Below, in pieces: positions 22,535 to 35,349 of a DNA stretch of 41,366 nucleotides. Each line of letters starts with the position of its first letter. The stretch's first letter is position 1. The DNA comes from Chiloscyllium plagiosum (lineage: Eukaryota). The stretch is from the NCBI RefSeq assembly GCF_004010195.1, contig NW_025215082.1, forward strand, positions 8,842 through 50,207, read 5' to 3'. The notes below the pieces were generated by a model that saw only the letters and a list, made by a program, of their open reading frames with translations, searched no databases and was not told where the DNA came from. Position numbers and translations under genes: made by a program.

Positions 22535-23720
22535 AGGAAGCAGCTTAGAAAAATGCCAAGTTTTGCTGTAAGCTCGTAGATTCAAAGAAATGTAGGATCC
22601 AGCAAAGGATGACCAAGAAACTGAGAAGAAAATCAAAAAGAGAAAAAGCGTGCAAACGAAAGAAAAACATAAAGACTGCTAAAAAGCGTCTATCAATGTA
22701 TGAAAAAAATAAAAACAAGGTCAAATGTGAAACACTTGGTGCGCGTTCAGGATAATTTATTGCAGAGAACAGAGAAATCGCAGGGAAAAGAAACAGTTTC
22801 TTTGTGTCTATCTTCATGGAAGAATGTCCAGAAATTCTTCCAGAAATACCAAGTGACCATGGGACTTGTGTAAGTAAAGTCTAAGATCATTCTTATCAGT
22901 GTTGAACTTATCTTTGAAAAGAAAGCTGGATTGAGTATTTATAAATCTGACAGACTAGAGGTACTTCATACAAGAATTTCAGAGGAAGCAGCAATAGACA
23001 TGTTGATTGCATCGCGGATTTTCACTTTATTTTCCGACACATTCCCGAAAGGCATTTAGCCAATCTGGATAAGGCAAAGGTTATAAATATTATCCAACAG
23101 TTTAAGAAAGGATGAATTTGGAGAATGGTGAACTACAGACCAGTTATCTTGTCATCCGTAGTCGGGTATCTGGTGGACTCGATTACAAAAAACATGCTAC
23201 TAGATATTTAGAAGGTAATAACATAACTGGGGAGTGTGAGAATGTACCGATGAAAGGAAAACCATATTTGGCAACCAATGTTTTTGGAATGGTTTGAAGA
23301 TGATTCTTGTGGACATCGGCAATGAACAACCAATGTATAACGTATAGTTGGATACTCATGAGCTTTTCTAAAGAACTCACACTAAGCTCATAAGAAAAGT
23401 TAAAGCGAGAGGTATTGGGAAGAACATATGCAAATGGGAAAGTAAAAATTCGGTTTACATTCATGTGAATGTAATTGGAAGATAGAGGATGTCGTCCACC
23501 TGTTGTATCGAGTGTTAATTAGACTACACTTAGAGTATTGTGTACCGTTCGGAGTCCCAATCTAAGAAAGAATATACTGACTAGAGAGAAACTGCAAAAG
23601 ATATTCTCCAAATTAACCCCTAAGTTGGCAAGGTTGTCTGACGGGGTAACTCAGCCTGTCATCTCGAGTTTCGAAACATGAGAGGTGATTGTAGTGAATC
23701 TTAGAAACATCGAAAGGACT
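22535..23720 (+). mobile_element. Old CR1 ORF2 fragments
   Basis: Degenerate motifs (tttgtgtctatcttcatgga, ENGELQTS about equal to GNYRPVS, gagtattgtgtaccgttcggagtcc). Confidence 0.65.
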
Positions 23721-25460
23721 GAAGAACAGAGGGGCATGAAGAAGTACAAGTTGGCGAGATCTGGGAGAATCCCACGATATTCTACACGGACAAGTAGAAC
23801 AGAATAATCAGCAAACAATTAGTGTCCATTGGAAACCAAAGGGGTAATCTGTGTGTCAAGCTGGAGAACATTGATGGATTATTACATGAAACCTTCACAT
23901 CTAATTTATTTGGGAGAAGGAGGATGCAGGTACAGAATTCAAGAAGATGGACTCTTGAACAGATTGATGTAAAATACGAGCAGGGATTTGAGGTTTGTTC
24001 TGTTTAAATTTGGACCAATCGCCATGTCTGAATGAGTTGTATCACAGGTGGCTGTTGGGGTCAAGGGAGGAAAGACCCTGACTGAATATTTTAATTAGAA
24101 TCTGACCATAGGGGAGGTGCCAGAGAAGTGGAGAACTGCTAATACGATTCTACTTCACAGTAAGAGTGGGAGAGATAGACCAGGGAACTATAGACGAGCG
24201 AGTATTAGATCACTGTTAAGGAAAGTACTGGAGAAAATAGGGAAGGAAAAAAATGAACTCCAATCAGAGTCGCAAGGTTTGATCAGGGATAATTATCATG
24301 ACTTTATCAGAAGGAAGTAACATCTCATGGATTTGATTTAATTAGTTTGAGGAGGTCGAATGTTTAGTTTTGTGGGAAGGCATTTGACAAATTTCCAGCT
24401 GGGAAACTAAGAAATAATGTAAAATCTCAGAATATGAAGGATAACTTGACAAGTTACAAGAAAAATTGTCTTAGTGGCAGCAGACAGAGGGTGGTGGGAG
24501 AAGGCTGTTTGTGTGACTGGAGACCAGTGTCCTCTGGTGTACCACAGGGATCAGTGCTGTGTCCCTTATTGTTTGTGTTATTCACGAAAAAAAGATGTGA
24601 ATGTGGAAGGGGCTCGGTGGAGAGTGGGGGAGGTGTGATAAGTAAGTGTATGTTTGATATAAAGATTGGCTGGGTGGTTAGCAGTGAGGGGGAAGGCCTT
24701 AAGCTACAGGAAGAAGCAGATGGAATGGTCAGCTGGGCACATCAATGGCAGATAGAATGTAACCCTGATAAATATGAGGTGAGGCACTTTGGGAGAAGGG
24801 ACCAGGCAGGAGGGGACTCAATGAATGGTAGCACACTGGGAATCTCAGAGAGTGCTACTCCACACATCCCTGAATGTGACTGAACAGGTTAATGGGCTAG
24901 TTAAGAATTGGACCTTGGGTGTAGCGTTTCCTAATCATGGTGTAGATTGTAAGAGCGATACAGGGCTTTGGTTCGTCCAAAATGGAGTACTGTATGTAGT
25001 TCTGGGAGCCACATTCCAGGAAGGATGTGATTGTACTCGAGAGGGTGCAGAAGTGATTCACCAGGATGTTCCCTGGGATGGAGCATATCAGCTATGGAGA
25101 GAGGCTGGATAAGCTCGGGTTGTTTACTTTGGAGCAGAGAAATCTGAGGAGTCAGTGATTCAGAAGGATAAGATTATAAGCAACACAGATAGGGTGGATA
25201 GGCAGCAGCTGTTCCTTTTAGTCAGAGGGTCAATAACAAAGGACCATACTTTTAAAGTGAAGAGTTTGAAGTTCAGAGATGATTTAAACATTTTTTCACC
25301 TCGATGATGTGGGGTTCTGGGATTACTTCAGGAGAGGGGAATTATCATGGGTAACCTCACAATCATTAAAAAGTACTTGGATGAGCACTTGGGAGTGTCA
25401 TAACATTCCCGGCTATGGGTCTGGTGTAGGAAAGTGAGACTAATATAGATCGTGCTGTAC
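23720..25460 (+). mobile_element. CR1 LINE RT region through 3' end
   Basis: PEKWRTAN...RDRPGNYRRASI, QRVVGEGCLCDWRPVSSGVPQGSVLCPLLF, WQIECNPDKYEVRHFG, and the 3' tail aagtacttggatgagcacttg. Confidence 0.9.
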
Positions 25461-25499
25461 TTCTGTTGGCACAGAATCTATGCCCCTGTGAGTGTATGG

Positions 25500-26075
25500 T
25501 GTGGAAGGTCGATTATTGAGCAGTTTAAGGCAGGAATTGATGGCTTTCTGAAGAGTATATTCACAAGGGTTAAAAGAGTGAACTGTAATAGCTTGTTAAA
25601 TTATGTCAATGTGAGAAATATGAAAAAAAAACAAGTGCAGTTTCCTTACAGTTTGAAACCAGATAATAGAGAATGGGACATAGGGAAATGGCAGAACTAT
25701 GAAGCCACTACTTCAGTTCTGTCTTCACAGAACATTCTAACAATACAAAGAAAACCTAGTCTGGTGTGGGAAAATAATAGAGCACATTGAACATAGAACA
25801 TAGTAAGTAAATGGTTTAGGATAAATTATTGTGGCTGAAAGTAATGGTCATAGGCAACACTAACATTGATTTATGAAATGGGAATTATGTTTGAGAAGCA
25901 GACTGGAAGACAAATGAAAGAGAAGCAATGGATGCAAAACATGTTGATTTTTAGAAAGATTTTGGTAAAGCTCCAATCCCAATTTGCAAAATCAAATCTG
26001 AGTGGATTGGGGCTAATATATGGCTATGTTTCTAGAATGGGACAGCTGGCAGGAAACGGTGAATAGAAATAAACA
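25500..26075 (+). mobile_element. Short degenerate CR1 fragments
   Basis: tttaaggcaggaattgatggctttc, cttcagttctgtcttcac and agcaatggatgc...gattttagaaag resemble CR1 ORF2 and 3' pieces. Confidence 0.5.
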
Positions 26076-26079
26076 GAGT

Positions 26080-28835
26080 TGTCAAGCAACAGCCTGACAT
26101 TGTCTGTAACGTATGATTCTGTGAGTATGACTATGTCCCAGACTCCCCATTACCTTCCCCAGATATCTCCTGTCTCATCAGCAGGACGGACACAGCAGAA
26201 GTGGCGGCACAGTGGGATACAGTTGGAAGGGAATTGCTCTTGGAATCCTCAACAGTGACTCCGTATCCCATGAAGTCTCATGGCATTAGTTTGCACCTGG
26301 GAAAGGAAACCTCCTGCTGATTACCATGTACCAGGCTCTCTTAACTGAAAAATCAGTACTCCTCCATGCAGACCAACACTTGGAGGAAGCACTGAAGGGA
26401 GCACGGACGCAAGATGCACTCTGGGTGGGGGATTTCAATGTTCACCACCAACAGTATCTCAGCGATAGCATTACTGATCGAGCTGGCCATGTCCTAACGG
26501 ATCTAACTGCTATACTGGTTCTGCGGCAGGTGGTGAAGGAACAAACAAGAGGAAAATACATACTGACCACTGCCTTACTAATCTGCCAGTTACATAAATA
26601 TCTGTCCATGACATTATCGTTAAGAGAGACCACCGCATAGTCATTGTGGAGACAAAGTCAAACTTGCATAATGAGAACAACCTCCATCATTTTGGGTGGT
26701 ACTATCACGGTGCTAAATCGGGCAGACTTCGAACAGATCGAGCAGCTCAAATCTGGATGTCCATAAGGTGTTGTGGGTCAACAATAGCAGCCAAATTGTA
26801 CTCCTGCATAACCTCATGGCCTGGCGTATCCCCTTCGCAACAATTGCCATCAATCCAGAGGATCAACATTGGTTCAGTGGAGTGTGCAGGATGGCAGGAG
26901 CAGCACCAAGCATACCTGACAATGAGGTGTCAGCCAGTTGAAGCCAGCAAACAGGACTACTTTTGCACCAAACAGCATAAACAGTAAGTGATAGACAGAG
27001 CTAAGTGATCCCACAAGCAACGGTTCAGATCTAAACTCTGTAGTCCTTCCACATCTAGCCGAGAAACATTGGGGACAATTAAACACTTCACTGGAGGAAG
27101 AGATTCCACAAATAACCCCTTCCTCCATGATGTAACAGCCCAGCACTTCAGTGTATAAGATAAGGCTGATGCATTCGCAACAATCTTCAGTCAGAAGTGC
27201 TGAATGGATGATCTATTTCAGCCTCCTCCAGTGATCCTCAGCAATTCAGCTACCAGTCATCAACCAATTCGATTCAGTCCACGCGATATCCAGAAACGGT
27301 TGGAGATACTGGATACTCCATAGGGTCCATAATCTGACAATATTCTGACAATAGTACTGAAAACTTGTACTCCATAACTTGCCACTCCCCTAGCCAAACT
27401 GTTTCAATACAGTTACAACAATGGCATTCCCCGATTATGTGGAAAATTACCCAAGTATCTCCTGTATATAAAAAGCAGAACAAATCCAATCCGGCCAATT
27501 ACCACTCCATAAGTCTAATCTCGATCATCAGTAAATTGGTGGAAGGTCTCAGTGCTTTTACGCAGCACCTGCTCAGCACTACCCTGGTCAATGACGCCCC
27601 GTTTGGGCTCCACCAGGGCCACTCAGCTCCTGACATCATTACCGTGGTTCGAACATGGACAGAAGAGCTGTGTTCCAGAGGTGAGGTGAGAGCAATAGCC
27701 CTTTAAATCAAGGCTGCATTCGACCCTGTGTGGCATCAAGGGACCTTCGCAACACTGGAATCAATGGGTATCAGAGGCAAAATCCCTGCTGGTTAGATTC
27801 ATACCTGACACGTAGGAAGATGGTCATGGTTGATGAAGGTTCGTCAACTCAGCTCCAAATCTGTAGGAGTCCCTCGAGCAGTGACCGAAAACTTCTTCAG
27901 GGCTGCTTCATCAATGACCTTCCTTCCATTTTAAGGTCAGAAGTGGGGATGTTCGCCAATGATTGTACAATGTTCTGCAACATTTGTGCCTCCTCAGGTA
28001 CTGAAGCAGTCTATGTTCAAATGCGACAAGATCTGGAGAGTATCCAAGCTGACAAGTGGCAAGTAATATTCAGCCCACACGAATGCCAGACCATAACCAT
28101 CACGAATAAAATACAATGTAACCTGCCCCTTGGCATTCAATGGTGTTACTATCACTGAATCCCCCAGTATCAGATTCCTGGTGGCTAATCATTGCTCAGA
28201 AACTCACTGGTCTCGCCACATGAACACAGTAACTATAAGAGCAGGTCCGAAGCTAGGAATACTGCGGCGAGTAACTCACATCCTGACTTCCAAAAGTCTG
28301 TCCATCGTCTATAATGCATAAGTCAGAAGTGTAATAGGAGACTCCCAATTTGCCTGGATGAGTGCAGCCCCAACAACACTCAAGAAGCTTTATACCATCC
28401 AGGAAAAAGCAGCCAGTTTGACTGTCCCTTTATCCACAATGCTCCACCATCAACGCTCAGCAGCAGCAGCAGTGTTTTACTATCTACATGCTGCAATGAA
28501 ATGATTCACCAAAGATCCTCAGAGACCATCTTCCCAAATCATGACCATGCCTATCTAGAAGGACAAGGGCTGCAGATGTATGGGAATACCATCATCTTCA
28601 GGTTCCCTCCAAGCCAGTCACCATCCTGACTTGGAAATTTATCACCGCTCCTTCACAGTCACTGGGTCAGAATCCTGGGATTCCCTTCCTAATGGCATTG
28701 GAGGTCAACCACAGCAGGTGGACTGCAGCGTTCAACAAGGCAGCTCACCACACCTTCGCAAGGGCAACTAGGGACAAGCAATAAATGCTGGCCCAGCCAG
28801 TGACTCCGAGATTCACGAAATAAATAAATATAAAT
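26080..28835 (+). mobile_element. Near-complete degraded ORF2 and 3' tail of a second CR1/L2-group LINE family
   Basis: EN: LWVGDFNVHHQ. RT: WKITQVSPVYKKQNKSNPANYHSISL, FGLHQGHSAPD, FINDLPSILRSEVGMFANDC. Tail: gggcaactagggacaagcaataaatgctggcccagccag followed by (aaat)n. Confidence 0.92.
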
Positions 28836-28844
28836 TAACAGAGG

Positions 28845-29912
28845 ACGGTTGCTGACGTGTCGCCGGGATCGGTGCTTGGGGCCCAGCTGTTCACAATGCC
28901 CTTTAAACATTGGGTTGCTGGAATCAGATACAATATATCCCAGCCTGCTGACAGCACTAACGGATGTGGGATTGTGAGTGGGTGAGGAGGATGTAAAAAA
29001 GCACCGAGAAGACTAAGACAAGTGGAGTGAATTGGTAAATACGTGAAAGATGGAGAACAATGTGGATAGAGGTGACGGCGTGTCCTTTGGTGGAAACGAT
29101 AAATTGGCAGCCTACCATTTGAAAGGGATTGGTTGAAACATGTTGATCTCCAAAGGGACGTATGCTCCTTTTTGTTGTTTCCTTCTGCATAAACCTCTGA
29201 GGCCCATGCAGCGCAGTGAGTTCTGCAACCAGAAGTCAACACTCGGCATGGCATTGGCACGCTGCCCAGTGTACACAGACTCACCAAGTGGGGAGCTGTA
29301 ACACTGAAAAGGATCTCCATCTTGTGCACCAGTCGCTGAAAACAATATTGCAGAACCAGAAAGCAGTGTGGAAGATAAATGGTGTTCTGACCTTCATTTC
29401 AGAGCGATTTGAGTCCAGGAGAAAGGGTGTCTAACTGCAGCTGTACAGGGCCTTTGTGAGAGATCATCTCGAACATTGTGCAGTATTGGGGGGCGGTTTT
29501 GGTCTCCTTACCTAAAAAAGAACAAACCTGACATTAAGGGAGAGCAGTGAAGGATGACCAGACTGATCTCCGGGATGACAGGCTTGTTGGGGGAGCAGAG
29601 TTTGGGGTGACTCGGCCTGTATTCCATGGGATTTAGGAAAATGAGTGGAGATCTCAGTGAAATATACAAAACTCTGACAGGGTGAGTCAGTTTGGAAGCA
29701 GAGATGATAATTACCCTGACTGGGACGTCTAAAACAAGGGGCCACATTATTGGGTACAGGCAGGTCACTCTGCATTGAAATGAGAATAACTGGCTGCACT
29801 CACTGACTGGGAACCTGGGGAATTCGCTCGCACTTGGAAACCAAGGCACAGATTATAAATAAGGATTTACAGACAGTAAAGAGATGGTGGGAGAGCAGGA
29901 GTACAGTGTGGA
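28845..29912 (+). mobile_element. CR1 LINE RT C-terminal and 3' fragment
   Basis: gggatcggtgcttggggcccagctgttcacaat (GSVLGPQLFT); ctgcagctgtacagggcctttgtgagagatcatctcgaacattgtgcag. Confidence 0.8.
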
Positions 29913-30098
29913 AATGAACAGTTCATTCACTTCACCAACACCTTCCACCCCGACCTCAAATTCACCTGGACAGTCTCAGATTCCTCCCTCCCCTTCCTCG
30001 ACCTTTCTATTTCTATCTCAGGCGACCGAATCAACACGGACATCTACTACAAACCAACCGACTCCCACAGCTACCTGGACTACACCACCTCCCATCCT

Positions 30099-30704
30099 NN
30101 NNNNNNNNNNNNNNNNNNNNNNNNNNNNNNNNNNNNNNNNNNNNNNNNNNNNNNNNNNNNNNNNNNNNNNNNNNNNNNNNNNNNNNNNNNNNNNNNNNNN
30201 NNNNNNNNNNNNNNNNNNNNNNNNNNNNNNNNNNNNNNNNNNNNNNNNNNNNNNNNNNNNNNNNNNNNNNNNNNNNNNNNNNNNNNNNNNNNNNNNNNNN
30301 NNNNNNNNNNNNNNNNNNNNNNNNNNNNNNNNNNNNNNNNNNNNNNNNNNNNNNNNNNNNNNNNNNNNNNNNNNNNNNNNNNNNNNNNNNNNNNNNNNNN
30401 NNNNNNNNNNNNNNNNNNNNNNNNNNNNNNNNNNNNNNNNNNNNNNNNNNNNNNNNNNNNNNNNNNNNNNNNNNNNNNNNNNNNNNNNNNNNNNNNNNNN
30501 NNNNNNNNNNNNNNNNNNNNNNNNNNNNNNNNNNNNNNNNNNNNNNNNNNNNNNNNNNNNNNNNNNNNNNNNNNNNNNNNNNNNNNNNNNNNNNNNNNNN
30601 NNNNNNNNNNNNNNNNNNNNNNNNNNNNNNNNNNNNNNNNNNNNNNNNNNNNNNNNNNNNNNNNNNNNNNNNNNNNNNNNNNNNNNNNNNNNNNNNNNNN
30701 NNNN
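30099..30704. other. Assembly gap (N run)
   Basis: Run of N. Confidence 1.
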
Positions 30705-30892
30705 TCAGTCAAATCCATCGAACTCAGCACCGCCTTCCTAACCTGCAATCTTCTTCCCGACCTCTCCGCCCCCACCCCCGTCTGACCTATCACCCTCACC
30801 TTGACCTCTTTCCACCTATCACATTTCCGACGCCCCTCCCCCAAGTCCCTCCTCCCTACCGTTTATCTTAGCCTGCTGGACAAACTTTCCTC

Positions 30893-30928
30893 ATTCCTGA
30901 AGAAGGGCTTGTGCCCGAAACGTCGAGT
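30893..30928 (+). ncRNA. Minimal type I hammerhead ribozyme motif in the PLE pLTR (intact core)
   Basis: attc-CTGAAGA-a-gggc(ttgt)gccc-GAAA-cGTC-gagt. Both core boxes are present, with a perfect 4-bp stem II, a palindromic ACGT stem III, and stem I attc/gagt. Confidence 0.75.
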
Positions 30929-31057
30929 CTCCTGTTCCCTGGATGCTGCCTGACCTGCTGCGCTTTTCCAGCAACACATTTTCAGCTCTGATCTCCAGCA
31001 TTTGCAGACCTCACTTTCTCCTGGAAATGAAGGTCCAACCAGCAGTGCTAGCCGTTG

Positions 31058-31312
31058 TGGGTGGCACGGTGGCACAGTGGTTGGCGCTGCTCCCTCACAG
31101 CGCCAGAGACCCGGGTTCAATTCCCGACTCAGGCGACTGACTGTGTGGTGTTTTCACATTCTCCCCGTGTCTGCGTGGGTTTCCTCCCACAGTCCAAAGA
31201 TGTGCACGTCAGGTGAATTGGCCATGCTAAATTGCCCGTAGTGTTAGGTAAAGGGGTAAATGAACGCGAATGGGTGGGTTACGCTTCGGCGGGTCAGTGT
31301 GGACTTGTTGGA
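31058..31312 (+). mobile_element. HE1-type V-SINE
   Basis: gtggcacggtggcacagtggttggcgctgct (A box), ccgggttcaattccc (B box), the V-domain, and the tail tgtggacttgttgg. Confidence 0.92.
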
Positions 31313-31519
31313 CGTACTACTGCGCCGCCTATTTTATAGCTTCCCAAGGTTACTCACATTAACGGATATGTATATCGTGTGGGGTAAGTGCATTGCGGAG
31401 ATTTTTTCCATGAACTAGAATGGGAGAGGCTCAATGTGTTGTATGACCTACTCCGTTCCTGCTGTTTCTGTGCAGTCTGTAGGAAAGCTTGGTAAATGTT
31501 GTCACAAGCTCTCAGATGT

Positions 31520-31930
31520 TAGGAAGGAGGTCTCTGCAGGATCGACAGGACTGTGTTCCCATTCCCTTTTCCGATACAGATGCTGAAGCTGGGTGTTCTG
31601 TCCTGTTTCATCCTTTCAGATCTCAGAGTAGTTTGATACAAATGAATGCCTTGATTGACCGTTTCAGAGACCATTGAAATGTTTATCACATGTCAGGGTC
31701 TTTGGAGTCAGTTTTACGCTAGCCCAGGAAATCACAAAAGATTCACTTCCTAAAAGTACATTGGAGAATAAAATTCTGTTTACAATCGATATTGGCCTAA
31801 AGGTCTCTGTTACTGACCCCAGATTTTAGATCTCGATATTTTATTAATTGTCTTTAACTTCCACCCGCTGCCAGAGCATTAGCCTGGTCTGGATTAGTAA
31901 TCCAGTGACATTTCCACAGCAACACCATCT
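31520..31930 (-). mobile_element. DeuSINE/SacSINE1-like element, degraded
   Basis: The minus-strand head is agatggtgttgctgtggaaatgtcactggattactaatccagaccaggctaatgctctgg, followed by a Deu-domain-like core (cgattgtaaac...aatgtacttttaggaag...tgactccaaagacc). Confidence 0.65.
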
Positions 31931-31934
31931 TCAC

Positions 31935-32740
31935 ATGGGGTCCTGTCAAAAACCACACTGAGCAGGTTATTTCTGTGCTGCTTGACAGCTCTGTCAAAAA
32001 GAACTCCCAACAATCTGACTGTCGTGATGGGAATGAGGAGGTGGTAATTGGTCAAATTGTAATTATTCCCCTCTGAGCAGACAGGAATAATTTTCCTCAT
32101 TGCCAGGGAGATGTCAGAGTTGGAGCTGGAATGAAACAGCTTCCCCAGGGACACAGCTTGTTGTGTAGCACAAGTTTTCAGTCCCATTGCAGGAATGGGG
32201 TCATGGACCATCACCTTTGTCGTATCTGCTGTGTTCAGCTGTTTCTTCATGTCACGGGCAGCGAATCGAATTGGTTGAAGACTGGCACCTGTGATTCTGT
32301 GGGGATCATGATGAGGGTGATTTGTATCATCGACTCAACACTTCTGGCAGAAGATGGTGCAGATAAAACATCCTTCTTTTTTACACTGATGTGCAGGTCT
32401 GTTCCATTATTTAGGATGGGATTGCTTGTGGAGCCCTCTCCTCCAGTCATTTGTTTAATCGTCCATCATCATTTATGACTAAATATGACAGGACTGCAGT
32501 GCTTCGATCAGATCTGTTGGTCAAGTCTGGTAGCTTTAATGAGTTAGCATCAGGTTAAAGTTCATGTGATTCTGACTCTGACATGTTCACCCACACTCGT
32601 CACTGAGCCATAGATGGTGTTGATGGTAATGACAGACTGTGGTGTTACCCTGGCAAAATATTACAGGTTGTGATTGAATGCAGGTCTGTTTCTCCTGCTG
32701 CTGTGGTCTACAACACTATATAAATACGCAGTTTCCAGCT
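31935..32740 (-). mobile_element. Antisense fragment of the LINE family seen at 26080-28835
   Basis: Minus-strand KKQLNTADTTKVMVHDPIPAMGLKTCATQQAVSLGKLFHSS parallels 27290-27520. Confidence 0.8.
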
Positions 32741-32759
32741 GCAATATCTGCAATGCAAT

Positions 32760-32880
32760 TCTGCTGTCTGTTCCCCAAATTCTCACTGAGACCCATTCAC
32801 CCATCAGCCCTGCACTCAGTGACCTAACCTGGTTTCTGATGTGGCAATACTTCCATTTTCAAACGCTCATTCTGCTGAGG
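32760..32880 (+). mobile_element. L2 LINE 3' ORF fragment
   Basis: THSPISPALSDLTWFLMWQYFHFQTLILL resembles L2 'HITPVLxxLHWLPVxxRIxFKILLL'. Confidence 0.6.
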
Positions 32881-32939
32881 GTCTGTCTCCCCGGGTCTTG
32901 CTTCCAATCTGACACATTCCGCAAAAGCATTTAACTGAT

Positions 32940-33360
32940 CTTAATTCAAATATTTAATTCACCTGAATCTTTTTCCTTGAGAAATGCTGTCTTCTGTGTT
33001 TAAAGTGAATGTATTTCCTCTGTTTCTCTCACTGACCATGACTAAGAGCTCTGTAGTGTCAGTGATGCCAGCCTTATGTAGGTTCAGAGCCAATGAATTC
33101 TCTGGATTCCCAATCATCTTCACCACATTATATGTTTTCTTTTTTGGTATGATGCCTTATAACTCATGGCTGCCTTGTCCTCCCATGGGTATGTTTCATC
33201 TGCTTGAGGTTGCATTTCTGGTATTATCTTCCGAATTATCCCCAGAACCTCCTCCCATTGCTGTTCCATGGTCTTTTCTGCTCAGATCCCCTTCCATTTA
33301 ACTCTGGCCAGCTACGTCCGCATGTCTTTGTAGTTACATTGCTTAATTATATCCACATTA
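32940..33360 (-). mobile_element. CR1 ORF2 linker fragment
   Basis: It is antisense to the PWL/linker region (cctcccatgggtatgtt; ctggccagct...tctttgtagtt). Confidence 0.5.
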
Positions 33361-34029
33361 CATCTTGAAGACAGCATTACTTATAAACTGAAAGAAGGAG
33401 TTTTGAGAGATAGGACATGAAGAATAATTGGTAGATGTCTTAACTAGATACAAAGGGAGAACGAGAGCGAGGATATAGATATGGAGATGTGGAAAATGAG
33501 AAAACTAGATTATCGAAAGAAGTAGACGCACATCCCTCAATGTTTTGGCAATGCCTGTGTGCTGTGGTCCTTTGTACAGTGCACGTACATCAGACTAATA
33601 TGTTCAAATGTTGGGTCTGATGCCATAACTTTTCTCTCAAATAATATGTCAGACACTAGTTTTGGAAAGAACCCAGCAGGCCAATATATTTAATGGCTTG
33701 TAGAAAGGGGATTAACTGAAACACGTTGGGACACCAGAGGCAAAAATTTATAACACACATACAAATAAGAATGAGAGATTAGAGTTGGGAATCCCAGAAA
33801 AGGGAAACGTTGAAAGAAAGGGAAGGTATCACTTCAGATGAGGATCAAATAATGTTTTAATGCTTTATAAATGTTATACATCATGTGCATCATTTTCTGT
33901 TAACAGTGTCTCCATTGTTCATTCAGAATGTATTGTACACATATGAACAATCTTCCTTATCTGAACACACACTGATTAAACAGCGTATATAAAATCATTT
34001 TTCCTCCATTTCAAACTCTCCAGCTGTCA

Positions 34030-34415
34030 TGCTACCAGGATACATGAACGCCAACTGGCCACCAAAAGACATGACCCACTATCAGTAGTTTCCATACATA
34101 CAGACAAAGAAGGACAACACGTTGACTGTGACAATACACGCTTCCTTGGACAAAGCCACGCACAAAATTTCTTAGAGGCATGAAATTCTAACCAGAAGTC
34201 CATCAATAAACACATCAGTTTAGATCCTATCTACCTTCCTTTGGAAAAAAAACGGAAATGACATCACGCAACTTAAGAAACCAAGACCTAAAAATAGAAA
34301 GACAGGACATACCACCAGTGCGTTACCAGAGACTCTCACTGATGATGTTACCTATTCATGGTGAGGAAACATCGGAAAACAAACCTTCAAGCTTAGCGAG
34401 CTAACTTACATACTT
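34030..34415 (+). mobile_element. Penelope GIY-YIG C-half plus pLTR
   Basis: IHERQLATKRHDPLSVVSIHTDKEG...DNT..LGQ...FLEA*NSN..SINKHISLDPIY. There is a hammerhead-like CTGATGA-tgttacc...ggtgag-GAAA-catc at 34339-34373. Confidence 0.88.
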
Positions 34416-35349
34416 ATAAATGTTATTTTACTCTTAATAGTGGAATTTGGGACTTCTCTGTCACACATATTTTAACAGAGTACAAGGCGAGGTGAGCTTT
34501 TCTGGGTGTGTGGTTTTAATTAACAGAGGGATTTCACATCGACATCCTAACGGTTTGAGGGCTTGTCGTATGGGATTTGAAAAGATTTGGGGTACTAAAG
34601 GTCCCAGCAGATTCTATCACTTGGCAGCTCGTGACCCAGATCCAGACAGGCTATTTTGAGTGCTTATGAATTGGTGCAAGAAGAATATAGACAGCAGTTC
34701 AGAAATTTAGAGATGGAACCACGTCAGACTTATATTGAGTTTGAAAAAATTAACCACACTCATTTTGATAAATGGGTGCAAGTCTTAAAAATGGGCAAGA
34801 CCTGTGAGGACCGAACGGAGATTATGCTGCTGGACGAGTTTAAAGACTCACTTCCAGAGATGGTAAGAATTCATGTGCATGAACAGGAAGATCAAGAAAT
34901 GAGAAGCGCAGCAGAAATGGCAGTTAAGTATGCATTGGTGCATGAGATGAAATTTAGCTTCTGGAAGGATTTTCATCCTGTGAGGGATAGAAATAGGGAG
35001 AAGGGGAGACCCTACACTACAAAACATAAAGTAAATCACACTGCCAATGCTTTACCACAGGTGGAAAAAAAAGCCCAAAGGGTTTGAAAGGAAGTGAAAG
35101 GCCTCAGGCCTCACTATAACGGAGTGGAACACATAAAATTACAGTGCCGATGGTTTAAGAAGGGCACTGGGAAAAGTTGTTTGCACTGCAGGAAACTGGG
35201 GCACACCGTGCTGGGGGTTGAAGGAAGACACTTTGGGAAAAGATGTGGTAAAAGAGTTTAAGCCAGTGGCTTTGTGAACCTGGAAAAGGAGGCACTAAGT
35301 AGAGCCGAGGAGCTGCAGGAGAGTGCACAGCCGAGGCAGGCGAGAGGGT

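Larger units (their letters stand above)
29915..31022 (+). mobile_element. Young Penelope-like element spanning the N gap
   Basis: The left flank reads EQFIHFTNTFHPDLKFTW...YYKPTDSHSYLDYTTSHP (close to 19075-19255). The right flank is a pLTR with a hammerhead motif. Confidence 0.9.

Noticed and set aside
29884..30844. Long ORFs spanning the N gap, or a hidden GPCR exon 2 in the gap
   Set aside because: The ORF length comes from Ns. Both flanks belong to one PLE, and the gap size is compatible with the missing PLE interior.
31058..31130. tRNA gene
   Set aside because: The A/B boxes are the tRNA-derived head of an HE1 SINE, continuous with the SINE body.
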